Of a DNA stretch of 64,000 nucleotides, positions 50,395 to 62,600 are shown in pieces. The DNA comes from a virus. Within the stretch, counting starts at the first letter, position 1; every line of letters begins with the position of its first letter. A model generated the notes under the pieces. It was not told the DNA's origin and did not search any database. It saw only the letters and a list, made by a program, of their open reading frames with translations. Location: positions 1-64,000 of the IMG/VR virus record IMGVR_UViG_3300042384_001374. One strand, written 5' to 3'. Made by a program: the position numbers and the translations under genes.

Positions 50395-50640
50395 ATGAAA
50401 GACTCCGAATCAAACAAAGACGCTCCGGCGGGTTGCATGAAGCGACTTGTTCGTCCTCTTTATTCGATGCAGCGATGCAGGAAGGATAATTCCAGATACG
50501 GGAAAATCCACTTCGCGCATCATGAATTCGAAACGCTTTGTGGGCTGACTACGGATTCCGACTGGTGGGTTCTCACAAACAGGCATGACGGCGATGCGAC
50601 ATGCGCAAAATGTATTAAGACGAACAGCAGTTGTTCGTAG
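50395..50640 (+). CDS. Cassette ORF with His/Cys Zn-binding motif
   Basis: ATG lies in attC G; IHF...TLCG...ATCAKC. Confidence 0.6.
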   Translation: MKDSESNKDAPAGCMKRLVRPLYSMQRCRKDNSRYGKIHFAHHEFETLCGLTTDSDWWVLTNRHDGDATCAKCIKTNSSCS

Positions 50641-50699
50641 TGCCCGACCGCACGAATAATCAGCGAAGCAAATAATGAAATTTTAGTTGAGGCTAAAAC

Positions 50700-53600
50700 C
50701 TATTTGTTTTCTTTGCGAATCACCTCGCGCATTTCGGCGCGCTTTTCCGCTCTCGGCTCTCTGGCAAACGGAATAGCTTCAAATGTCAAATAGGTGGCCG
50801 CGTCCAGCAACGAAGCCGCCCGGTTGCGTTGCGCTTCCCTGCTCATCAAATATTGCGAAGTAAGGACGCCCGCTTCCAGCGCGTCGTGAGCCATAGCGGT
50901 AGGTGCGGTCAAGTCAGCCAGTGAACCGTGCCACGAGTCTTTGTAAGAGCGAATGGTAACACCGTTCTTGTCGTAGCTTCCAAAGCCTGCTTTAAGCTGT
51001 TTGCGATTAAACGTGTTGTTTAATCCAGCGGCTCCGGCAATTGCCATCGGGTTAGTGACGGTTTTCTGCACCAACCCGGAGACCGGTGCGTAACCCGCCA
51101 TTACCCCCAGCACTGGCACTGCTGTGGTTAGTTCCAGCAAGCTTCTGGAAGCAATTTCAGCAAATGCCGACGCCTGCGCCGCGTCTGCTTTTTTGGTCTG
51201 GTCAAACAATTCCCGTTTGTTGCCAAACGTGATGGTTTTAATGACTTCGCCGAGCATAGAGCTTTTTTTGTCCACGAACATCCACTCGTTGGCGAGTTTC
51301 TGAGCTTTTTTCTGGGCCTTGTCATCATCGTCGCCGCCTGCCAAAAAAAACAAATAAGACACCATTGGCACCAGCATTTGAAGCTTAAACGGGTAAAACA
51401 AAATGTTTTGGGTCAGTGAGGTGACCACGTTCTCCAGCGCCTCTTTCTTGGTTTCCGCGTCAGCCTTTTCATCAAACAAAATGGGCACCAAAACCGAAGT
51501 GTTGGACGCCATGCTCGACGTGTGATTGCTGAAGCGCACCATCGAACGCCACAGCGCGTTGCGGCCGGGCGAAGATGTCCGGTTCTGAAACATCCACGAT
51601 TTCTTGCTTTGGTCCGACTGAGCCATCACATCGTTCACCTTGCGCCGGGCGTTGCTCTTTGCCATCGCGGTGGGCTCGACGTTCGATTTGACCACGTCGG
51701 CCGGTTCCATCTTCATCTGGTCAGCCAGCTCGACAATGAACATCGCCGTGGACAAGTAGGACTCACCCTTGCCAATAGTCCAATGAAGCGCCTTCTCGCC
51801 GAGCTTTTCGTATTCCCGAAGCCCTTTGCCAGCAAGGTTCTTGGCCGTGCTTTTCCCAAACCTGACTTGGCTGTGCATGATGTCACGCGCCACATCCGCG
51901 CCGTCCGCCGAGCGGTAATACACCGAACGGTCGGTCTTGCGGACAAACTCCCGAGCCTGTTCATTGAATTTTCGGTCGGTGATCAGCTTTTGCAGGATGC
52001 TGAAGTATTGCGCTGCTTGCTTGCCCTTTCCAACCGCAATCTTGCCAGCGGCATACCCTACTGAAGGGCCTGTCGTCTGGTTCCAAACTTGTTGAAGGCT
52101 CGCCAAAGCCCGGACTATGTACAACGATCCGAGAAAGCGCATTGCTTCCGCGCCACCCGTGTTGCTCACTCCGTTGGCAGCGTCGTTTTGGAGGATCGTC
52201 TCGTTTTCTTCCGCGATGGCGGAAAGAGCTTGGCGAAACTTTTTAATCTCGTCCTCAGCTTCCTGCTTGGCTTTGCGCTGGGCCGGATCGTTCCAGTCGA
52301 TGTCGTCAGGAATCATCTCGTTCGCTTTATTGAGAAAGTCACCGTCTTTGATGGTGTTCACGCCGTGCTCATCCTGCACCACGCGGCCGAGTGAACGCCG
52401 CAGCACCTCGTAAGTCGGAGTGACGTTCAGCTTATAGATAGCGTCGTCCAAAAGCGAAAGCGGCGCGGTAAGTCCGTTCAATGAAATCGGACGGAACGGA
52501 TTGCGGGAGTTGAAGTAGCCACCCTTGCCGTAGCCGCCGAAGAACGACGAGTCCTTCAACGACACCATGTCGATGGGGTCGGCGATGAAGCGGTCGGAAC
52601 TGACCTGCTGCTCTGCCGGGTCGGGGCGTGCCGCGTAACCAACACGCAGCGGCACGGACGAATAGGTAATCTTGAATGCCTCCTTAGCGTCGTCCCGCCA
52701 CGACTCGCCCGTCACCATGCGCTCGCCCTTCAGCAACTCGCCCGGCTGCTTGTCCACCGCCGCATCCTGCGACAACATCGCCATGGTAAGCTGCATCGCG
52801 CTACTGATGTCGGCAAACGACCTGTTGAGCTGCTGGGCATATCCTTCGACCGCAGCCTCGTTACCCAGAGTGACTTTCGATTCAAGCAGTGCAATGAATT
52901 TGTCCGTCAGCTCTTTCGCTATTTCCGGCGAGCTAATGATGGTATTCGAAATGCCGGATTCCAGCATCCATCCGCGAACTTCCCGAGCCAGTTCCAAATC
53001 ACGGATCATGTCGAGATTATCCGCGTTCCAGTAGCGGTTCAGTTTTGGAATTACTTTGCCGGTCGGAATAGGATTTTTGTTCGCATCCAAAACAGCCTTG
53101 CCATCCGGGCCTTTTACCAGCTCGCCAAAATACAATCCTTGCGCCCGATTCAGGTTTTCCAACTCGTTCAGTCCACGCCCGATGTCGGTAACCAAGCGGT
53201 TGGTCGCCGTCTCGCGGTGCATTCCGAATGCTGTGTCGATGCCTCGGAACACCGAAATGAGGTAGCCGATGGTTTGGTCTTTGGCGTTATTACCAATCGG
53301 CTTGGCCGCCTTGACGATCTTTTCCTCCTCCGCTTTTTTGGAAGTCTCATAGCCTTGGCGTCCGCTGGTGCCGTCGATGCCATATTCGATGAAGTCTTGC
53401 AAATGGATAGCGGCTTGGCGGGCAGCGAAGTTGCGGCGGAACTTGCTACGAATGCGAGCGTCTTGGTGATGCAAGAATTTCAAGGCTCCCAATTCCAGAG
53501 CATGCTTCTTGCCGTCAAACGATACAAAATCAGTAATCAGGCACTTCTGGATTTCTATTGCTTCAATTTCGGCGAACGCCAGCGAAAACACCGGCTCCAC

Positions 53601-56600
53601 CCGGAAAGCAAGCATCCGGCTGACATCCATGTCCTTGACTGAAGATCCGCCCACTTTGGCGAACTCGCCCGAATCAATCGACTTCAACAAGGTTTTGATC
53701 TTAGCCTTGGTGCTGTCGCTAAGCCGGGTGTCGCCGTGCGCGATGACCAACCGTTCGATCATGTAACCAAATTGGTCGAGCTGCTTCTTAGACACGTCGC
53801 CAGTCAGGTCGGCGGTGCGTTTTGCACCAGTAACCGAACTCATCGCGTCGTCCAGCCATGTCTGCATGCCTTTCCGCCAGTCGTCCGAAAATGCCTTAGC
53901 GGCTTCACCTTTTTTCAGGTTTTGTTTAGCCGGACTAAAATCAGCGCCGTCAAAATCCTTGCCAACTTCTTTTTCAGTTCCGGCAAGGAAGTAAGAATAA
54001 GACCCTTGCGCTGGCACACCTTGATTGACTGGCAGTGCATCAAGGATAATGCGCTCCATCTCACGGTTGACGTTGCGCTTGGTAATCTTTGGAAAGTGCT
54101 GCATCAACAACTCGCGGGCGTTGAGCGGCATCATGATCACCTTCTCGCCCTCTTGGTTGATGAGAACACCCAGCTTTTCCTTCCGGAGCTGGTGACTCTT
54201 TGGCAGGTTGATTTGTTTGACGCGGTTTTGGGCGGTGCGGGTCAGGGTGAGTGCCTCTTCCGGGTCGGACAGGTAGGCTGCGGCGTCGGCCGTCATGCCC
54301 TTGTATTGCGCTTCCTGCGCGTCGGAGTGGGCGTCCTGCATCACCTCTTTGACAATTTGCTCCTCAAGCTGCACCAAGTCCACCGCTTGGTTGATGGCTT
54401 TGAGTGGGTCAAAGTTCATGAATTGGTCGCGAGAGCCCCGAACAAACTTGTAGGCGTCCTCAATGCGGTTTTCAGACTGCTCAGTAAGAGCTGTAATGAC
54501 GGCTTTCTGTCGTATCCAGTAGTCTCTGCGGGACATAGTGCCAGACGGCTCGCTTGAAGCGCTTGCAGGTGCCTGAACGTCGTCAGAAACAGGCGGCAAG
54601 GGGTTTGTCAGTGTCAGCTGTGCTTTGTATGTCACTTTTTCGTCGATTGCCTTGGTCAATAAACCTCCAGACTGATCGTTTTTTTGACCCTGCGACGCCC
54701 GCCCCGAATAATAACCCATCCCCACTGGCACTTTGCCTTTGTTGCTGTCGATGACGGACAGTTCGTTGCGAGTCTGCTCCAGTTCGCGCTCCACCCGTCC
54801 GAGGTAAATGGCAGCTTCCTTACGGCCCTGTTCCTGCTCCACGCTGCGGGCCTTACTGGAAAGCAGCGCCCGTGCTTGGTTGGTAGTCAAAGCGATGTCT
54901 TGAAGGGCTCTTTGAAGATCCACTCCAATCAAAACCTGTTGTTTTTGAGTGGATAAATTCTCAAAATTGCGAGCAGCACGAAAGATTTCATCAATTGATT
55001 GTTCAGGATCAGAAACAAAACCTTCGTTACTATCCAGCAACTTGTTAATTTCCTCGTCGATAAACGCGGGCAAGTCAATGGTTTCGTTCTTCATCAACTC
55101 CTCTGACACCATCCGCATGAACGCGTTGGTCTGCATCTTTGGTTTAGCCCCGGCCGTCACCCCTTGGGTAATCTCACGGACCATGTTGTCCATAAACCCT
55201 TGGGCAAACTTGCGGCCGTTGAGCATTCCAGACAGCGAGTTCATTACGTCGGTTTGTTCCTGACGCGTGAAATCGTCGGTTTCCTTGAATGTTTTTAAAC
55301 GGAACCCGCTCAGATTCGCTTTTTTCGGGTCCACCCCGGTCCAGCGCATCACTTGACGGGCGTGCATCTCGGCGTGCGAGTTGAAGATGGAAACGTGCAG
55401 GTTGAACAAACGGGCAGCGTCGCTGATGCGGCTGTTGATGCCTTGCGTGTCGCCCTGTGGCAGCTCGTTGTTCTCGTCCGGAGTGAGCAGGGTGTTGCGT
55501 TCGCGGACCAGCGCGCCGATGGCGTTGGCTTGTTTGTAAAGCCCGTCCACCGCCGCTTTGAGCTGCGGGTTGTTTTCCATGCCCTCGGTGAGCATCAAAT
55601 GCACGACATGCCCAAGATTCGCCGCATTACCGGAATCATCTTTCATCATTTCCGCAAAACGGGTGACGTGCGCCACCACCATGTCCCGAGTCTCCGCTTT
55701 CAGAGATTCGGACCAGTCTTTAGCCGTGGCTAAAAGGTTTGCACCTTCCGGGCTGTTGTCCAACAACTCCTGAAACGCCTGACCATTATCCGCTTCGTAA
55801 GCGCCGATCTCCGCCAGCAGCGCCTCGCGCAGCTCGTTCAGGCGAGTTTGGTTCTTTTCCAGCGTGTCGAGCGACAGCTTGGCTTCCAGCTCCGCTGCAT
55901 CCAGCACGCCAGCAGGCAGCGCCATCCGAATCGACTCCATCATCGCGTCGTCCAACGGCAAATTTACATCCACAAGCCCAAACCCGGACGCATCGGCATC
56001 CTTTGAAAACTTAGAAATGGCCTTTTTCACAACCGCAGCACCCACCAGCGTCCGCACCGCAGGCGCACGCAGCAACAATGAACTGTTGGTCGAGTCGATG
56101 TTTCTTTTTTGAAACGCGATGTTCTGTGACGTGCGACCGCTCACCTTTGGGATAGTCAGGTTGCGCATCTCACCGACATACATTTTGGTTGCCGCTTTCA
56201 GTCCTTTTTCAACGTTGCCTTGCAATGCTGGTCCCGCTACCGCAATGCGGAGCTTGTCAGTGCTGATGCCTTGGCCGGTCGGGTCAAGCGGGGCGCTCAG
56301 GATGTCGCTGGTCGTGCGTTCGTTGGAAGGAGCCATCGGGAATACCCCGCCAGCCGCTTTGCCCTGCTCTATGATGCGGGCAAGCCCGTTGAACAGGAAC
56401 GCGTCGGACGGATTGAGCCCGTTGCCTTGAAGCTCCTTGGCCAAGCGCTTGTTGATGCGCGGCGCGTCAGGACCAAAGCGGTTGGCTTTGCGGTCGTCGT
56501 CAAATTTTGTAGACTGGCGTCGGCCTTCCATTATTTCCTGAAGTTCTTCAAATGTCTTCGCTTCTTTGAGTGCTTCAATCTCCGGAGCGTCCGGGGTGCT

Positions 56601-59600
56601 ATCATACCAGTTATAATTGTCGGATTCCTCCTCGTCCAACGTGACCGATTCTTCGGTGGCGCGGTCCACATGATCTTGATCGTGCTCTTGAGCGCCTGTG
56701 TTGGCCCGCAGGATGTTGCGGATGCCTTCCTGAAGCGCCAGCTCTACCGGCTCGGCCAGCAAAGTGTCGGCAAAGCCGTCCACTCCGATGTAAACCTTGT
56801 CGAACAACTCTTTGGCTTTCGGGTTAGTCAGCACTTCGGCGACAATCAGAATGTCAGACGCCGTCGATTGGTCGTCGCCAAACATGTTGATGAGAGCCCC
56901 GCCGTCACCATCCAAGCGCAGCGTGCGTCCAAGCTCAGCCACGTCAGACAAGTGTCCAGACGGGTCCGCCGCAATCGACTCGGGGAAGACGGCCGGGTCA
57001 AGCGACAGCCGGATGATCCGCGCCATCTCCGCAACCTGCCCGCGCACCGCTTCGTTCTTCGACGCGATCTTGAGCGACTGGGCGATGCCGCCGAAGCTCT
57101 CGGTGGCGTTTTTGTCCGGATTCTTCTGGCTACTTGGCGAATACACCACGTTTGGTCCGCCATCCGTTCCGGGGAAAATTTTGAAGCCAACATCATCCAA
57201 CCCGTAGCGAGTCACTTGGCTGTCCTTCGGCGACACGACCAACGTCTCGCCCGGAAACGTCTGGATGAGCTGTGACAAAATCGGGTTGCCGATGCCGTCG
57301 ATGCCGTGGACCAGCATCGAGGCGTCATACACCATCACCTCGTCGTTGCTGGTCATGCTGCCCTTCAACATCCGGGCAATGGCATCAGACTCTTCTGGCG
57401 AAGCCATTGAATTGGTCTGCAAAGAACTTTTTGCCACTTTGCGATATTTTTTAACATCGCGTTTGACGGGTTTTTTCGGTGTTCCCTGCTTGACCTGCTC
57501 CAAGTAATGTTTTGAGTCAAAACGCTCACCCGCGCCATTTTCCAATGACCAGAATTTACTTCCCGATCCTTCAACGTAAGAAAGAATGGTATTGGATGAC
57601 TTTCCTTGCCATCCCTCACCACGATACGCCCATTGATAACCATTTTTGGCATTCGGAATTTTAGGCAGTCGGGAAAATAACAATTCCTCATCAACCGTTT
57701 CATTCACAATGAACTCTTCATCCGTTTCCACGTTTCCGCCAGAATACTTGGGAGGGTTTACACCCGGATTGTTAATGGTTCCGTTCGTATCCACGATTTC
57801 CTCAACCCGGCCAGCAGCCAGTTTAACCACAGCAAGCGCTCGGCCGATCTTGTGGCCCGCCTTAGCTTCTTCAACGATGGTCGCCTCAAACGACTGCTTA
57901 AGTTCCAACAAGCTCACTAGCACCGTCTCAACCGATGGGGTTTGCCCAGTCAAGTTGGATAGCTCTTTTTCCATTTCATCGTAGAACGCTTCCGGATTGC
58001 TCATGCTTTTGGCCAGCGGGAATGTGCCCCGGATGCCCTTGCGGACGAGCTGGCGTTGTTCGTCGCGGCTTTTGTGGTCGTTCTCCATTGCCCACAGGTC
58101 AAACAGGAAGGCACGTCCAGCGTCGATGTCGAGCGTGTCGCCGTTGCTCTGCGAACCAATCATCAAAGCGGCTCCGGTAAGCGCCATGCGGCGTTGGTTT
58201 TCGGGTCCAGCAGCTTGGTCGATGGCCACTTCGGCAGCCGTCTTCACGCGGTCACCGTCCAACGACTCCATCATGGATTGAACCGTTTCCGAACGATTAG
58301 TGCGCTTGTCGTCATCAAACACATTCGGGTCAGTAATGTTGCCCGTTTTGTTGTAGATCATCGGCATAACGCCTTCGCCCCGATTGGAACGGTTGATCAT
58401 CTCCAGAAGCTCAAAGGCGAAGTTGGAACCAAACACGTAGTCGCGCTGTTTTTCGTGGAACTTCATCAGCCACGAGAGGTTCGACAGGATGCGAGCGTCA
58501 ATCGGAGCATCGCGCAGGCGCTCAAGCTCCGCATTGTCTCCCGTGTAGGAAGCTTCCCGCTGCCAGCGTGATCCCTCGAACGCCACGTTGTCACGCCATT
58601 GCTGGTCGCGAAATTCTATCAGTGCCTTGTTGGTGAGGCGGGCCGCGTCGTTCGCACCATCCAAACGGGCACGCACGTTTACGATCATCCCGTCGAACAA
58701 CTCGGCTGCCACCACTCCGTGGTCTTTTGTAAGAACCATCTGCAAGTCGTCCAGCAAGCGGATCAGGCCGTTGGTTTCCGTCTCCCCGCCGATCTGACGC
58801 AGGAATGCCTTGTTGTTGAACTGACTTTCAATGAGCCCCTTCACCCGGCCCGCCAGTGTCTGTTTGCCGCCAAGCTCGGTGATAAGCGGCGCGAAGCCAT
58901 CGGCAATATCCTCCTTCGGCTGGCTGACCAATGCGACAGTTTCCTTGGCCCATGCTTCCATTTGGGAGACGTGCGCGATAAGCGCTTTGCGGGCTGGCTG
59001 GTTCTTGTCACCCTTGCCCTTGGCGAGCTTCTGCGCTTCGTTGGACGCTTTGAACACAAGGTCGTTGAACATCTTTACGTCCGCCGTGCGGAACGCGTTG
59101 GCGGCGCGATAGCGGTCAGCCCCGATCTCCGAATTAGTGTCCTTGGGCAAGGCAAAGCCCCCGGTGTGCCAGTAGGTGTCCGCTTCCTTGGTGTCACCAA
59201 TCTTGCCGTCCACCCAGTCCACGAAGAATTGGAGCCACTGCATGCGCCCGGCATAGGCGGCGTTGCTGTTGCCAGCAATTTCAATAACGGCACGCTCTTG
59301 GTTGTCCATCACCTGATCCGGAGTCAACGGGTCCATCCCCTTGCCTTCTTCATACCAATGCAGCTTTGGACGGAATCCGAGATAGCGGCCGGTGTCTTCA
59401 AAGCGCACGCCAAACGTATCGTTCTTGTTGCTAGACGGCGCGATGCTCGGTGCGGACAAGTTGTCCAATGCGGACGGGCTTGAGATGCTAGTCGGGAAGC
59501 TCAGGCCCTCACCGCGCCCTGTGCGAGCTTCGCGGTTCAGGTCGCGCATGCCCAAGCCAAATTCTTTCGGCCGCGTCCACACGTCCCCAAACGCAAGACG

Positions 59601-62600
59601 CTGAAGGTTCTGGATCGAGCCGTTGTAAGTGTCCAGCGCTTCCTTAAACTGCATAAATTTTGACATCCGTTGAGACGACAAAGGAACTTCCGGGACATCC
59701 CATTGAACCGAAAAAGATTTGGCTTCAGCCTCCGAAGCGCTGCGACGTGCATCCGCAAGTTCAGTTTCGAGAATTTGTAATTGGTCGGCAACTTTAACCA
59801 TAGGCAACATCACATCATCAGATGTTGAAATAAGCGGCTCTGCCGTTCGTCCCATGTATGATGAATGCTGCTCCAAGTTGACAGAGCGTTCCAAAACCCG
59901 AGCTTTCAAACGCTTCATGATGGTCGTCACGTCATTCGGGTTGATGCCTTCACGGTCAAATGGATTCTCCAATCGAAACCTTTTAGCCGTGGCTAAAATC
60001 GAACGACGCCCAATGTTCGTGCGCGGGTCCATCGCATTGATCAAAGTTTGATCGCGTCCAGCTTGCTTCAAGCGAAGCATCGCCATCTTTCCTTCAATCG
60101 CCCGGACACGTTGTTTGTGCATGACGGAAAGCTGGCGGTAATCTTCAGCCTGCTGTTCTTTCGGCACCGTGTTGTCGATGTGCTGACGGATGCGGGACAG
60201 CGTCTTGCCCGCATCAGGACCACCCAGCTCCAATGCCGGTGTGATGTCAAAGTCCATTGCCGCCATCCGTGCCTCCATTACCTGACGGTTGAGAAACACC
60301 AAAGTCTTGGCCCGCTCAAAACCAGTTTGATCAGCTGACAAATCCGATTTTTCGTCGTTGATGTCGGCCAACAGCGCGTCAATGCGCTGCATCGCGGCGG
60401 ACGTTCCCGAGTCGTCCAAAGCAAAATCGGCGACGTACTTCTCAAGGTAGTCTTTGATGATCGGTTTCAGGCTCATCGCCAGCGTCTCGCCGTCGATGTC
60501 GAACACGCTCTCGAACTTGGTGTTGGGGAACTGGTCCACGATTTGGCGCAACTCCGTCACCGCTTGGAAGTGCTCGGCGGTGATTTTGTTGCCCCACTTC
60601 AAGTGGGCCTCGGTGCCTTCGCGCTGCATCTCCAGCGTGCGCTCCAAAGCATCTTCCCGAGCGAAGTTCACGTCCCCTTGCACGCCAGCCTGACGGTATG
60701 CTTGATCCAAGCGGAACAACATCTGTTGCTGGCTTTGCGGGAGCTGACCGATGGTCCAGCGCATCGCGAGGATGTTCTTAATCCGGTCGGAGTAGCGTTT
60801 CACCAACGCGGCCACCGTGTTAACCAGCTTGCCGATCTTGCCAGTCTCGTCCGCGTCCATGTTGATGGACCCTTGCAGCCACTGGCTTTCGTTGCGCACC
60901 GCACGTTCAGTGTAAGAGCCGCTATGACGAAGCTGGTGCAGTTTGCGGATCAGTTCCGCCGCTACCGCGTAGTCTGCGCCCTTGACGAATTTCAGACCCT
61001 TAGCCTTGTCTTTTTCCTTCGGGTCCACTGAACGGCCGGGGTAGCGTTCCGCAGCCGTCTCAACCAGCAGTTTGTAAAATGGATGTTCCGGATTCTTGGC
61101 GATGTCCTTGTAGAGCTGTTCCAGTTCGGCGTCCTCAAAAACGTCCTTGGTGAGCAGGTGGAGCGTTTCTTCGTCCACCCAGTAAGCCAAGACCCGCGCC
61201 ACATCGGCGGCAAGGATGTTTTTGGCCAAATCAGACGACATGTTCACCCCGGCGTATTGTTGGCGAAGTTGCTCCTTCAACTTACTGAAGTCCACCTCGA
61301 TGCGGTTGGTCTGCAAATTGGCCCTTAAGAAAGAAGCTCCTTCTTTAGACAAATCCAGCTCTGCCACTTTGTTTTTAAAGTTGGGCGATACCACATCCAT
61401 CACGCCGCTCAATGCCGAACGAACTTGTGAGACAGTAACGCTTCCATTGGCGATACCGGGAAGCAGCGGCTTGATCAGTTTCGCCGCTTCCGTAAGCCGG
61501 GTCTTGTTCCACTGGATGTTGCGCACCCCTTGGTTAAGCGTGCGCAGCGAAAGTCCTTCCGGCGACAGGCTGACTTTGCGGAACGTCCACTTGCCGTTCT
61601 TCGCAGAGTCGAGCACGAGAATGGAATCGGGCTCACCTTGGATCAGGACAGTCTGCCCCACTTTCACCGAGAGCGTCTGGCCCTTTGGGGCCTTGTAGGT
61701 GTAAACGATCTTCTCCCCCATGCCGTCCTGCACCGCGTTCTCCTTGGCGCGTTCCTGCTCGCTCTGCTCCTGCATGTTGACCCGCTCCCACTTGCCGCCA
61801 GCCTCGTCGGTCTGGCTCTGCTCGATGGTGTCGGACGCGACGATCAGAGCGCCCTCCGGGTCTACTGCGTCAATCGCGGAGCCCTCAAATTTTTCATCAG
61901 ACACTTTGAGCGCATCCAGTTTGGCAATGGATGAATTGTTCTTCCTTTTCCTTCTTGGAAGACGCCGTTTGCCTTGACTTCTGTTTTGCGCTAACTGGCC
62001 ATTCATTCCAAACGACCTGTATCCAAGCACCCGAGTTTTTGGAAACGCAGCGACATTTACCGAATCTTCGGAATTACCACTAAGCAAAATGACGTGGGTT
62101 GATGTTTCGCCAAGAACAAAGCCCGTATGTCCGCCCCAACCATTTTTCCCGCCAGTGGCCGGATTGTTGTTCCAAAGGACCGCAACGTCACCGTAAGATG
62201 GAGATGTGGTTTTTTCACCCATATTCAAAAACGCTCTGGCTGAGAAGTTTTTAACGGACGACCCACCCTGTCTCAGTGACCATGATGTGAATGCGGTGCA
62301 CCATGGGAAAGTGGAAGGGCTCTGAGAAACGCCCAAGCTGACCAGCATCGACTTAATTCGAGATGAACTTTTCTCTTTTTCGTTAAGCAATGCGGCCCCG
62401 GCATTCACCGAAGGATCACTTCCCTGACGCAACCACCACTTGCTGATTTTTCCGGGCAAGACAATCGCGTCATCCGGCCCGAATTCATTGCTTGATGCGA
62501 TAAAGTTCTCGGTGGATTCAAGACTTGGCCCCACATTAGTCGTCTTTGTCTCCACCTCAACCAATGGCGCGGGAATATCAATGCTGACGATGGACGGAAA

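Larger units (their letters stand above)
47622..50625 (-). mobile_element. Integron-like gene cassette array (7 attC-like sites, no integrase in window)
   Basis: Imperfect inverted repeats GAAC...TTGTTC at 47622-47717, 47950-48043, 48302-48393, 48996-49092, 49336-49425, 50012-50134 and 50367-50455. Each cassette's two core ends are mutually complementary. Confidence 0.85.

Noticed and set aside
46000-50700. An integron integrase or other recombinase near the cassette array
   Set aside because: No ORF with tyrosine-recombinase R-H-R-Y motifs was recognised anywhere in the window.
53935-53965. DFDGAD in the giant protein resembling the DxDGD RNA polymerase catalytic motif
   Set aside because: An extra residue breaks the DxDxD spacing and no flanking double-psi-barrel motifs were recognised; insufficient to call an RNAP.
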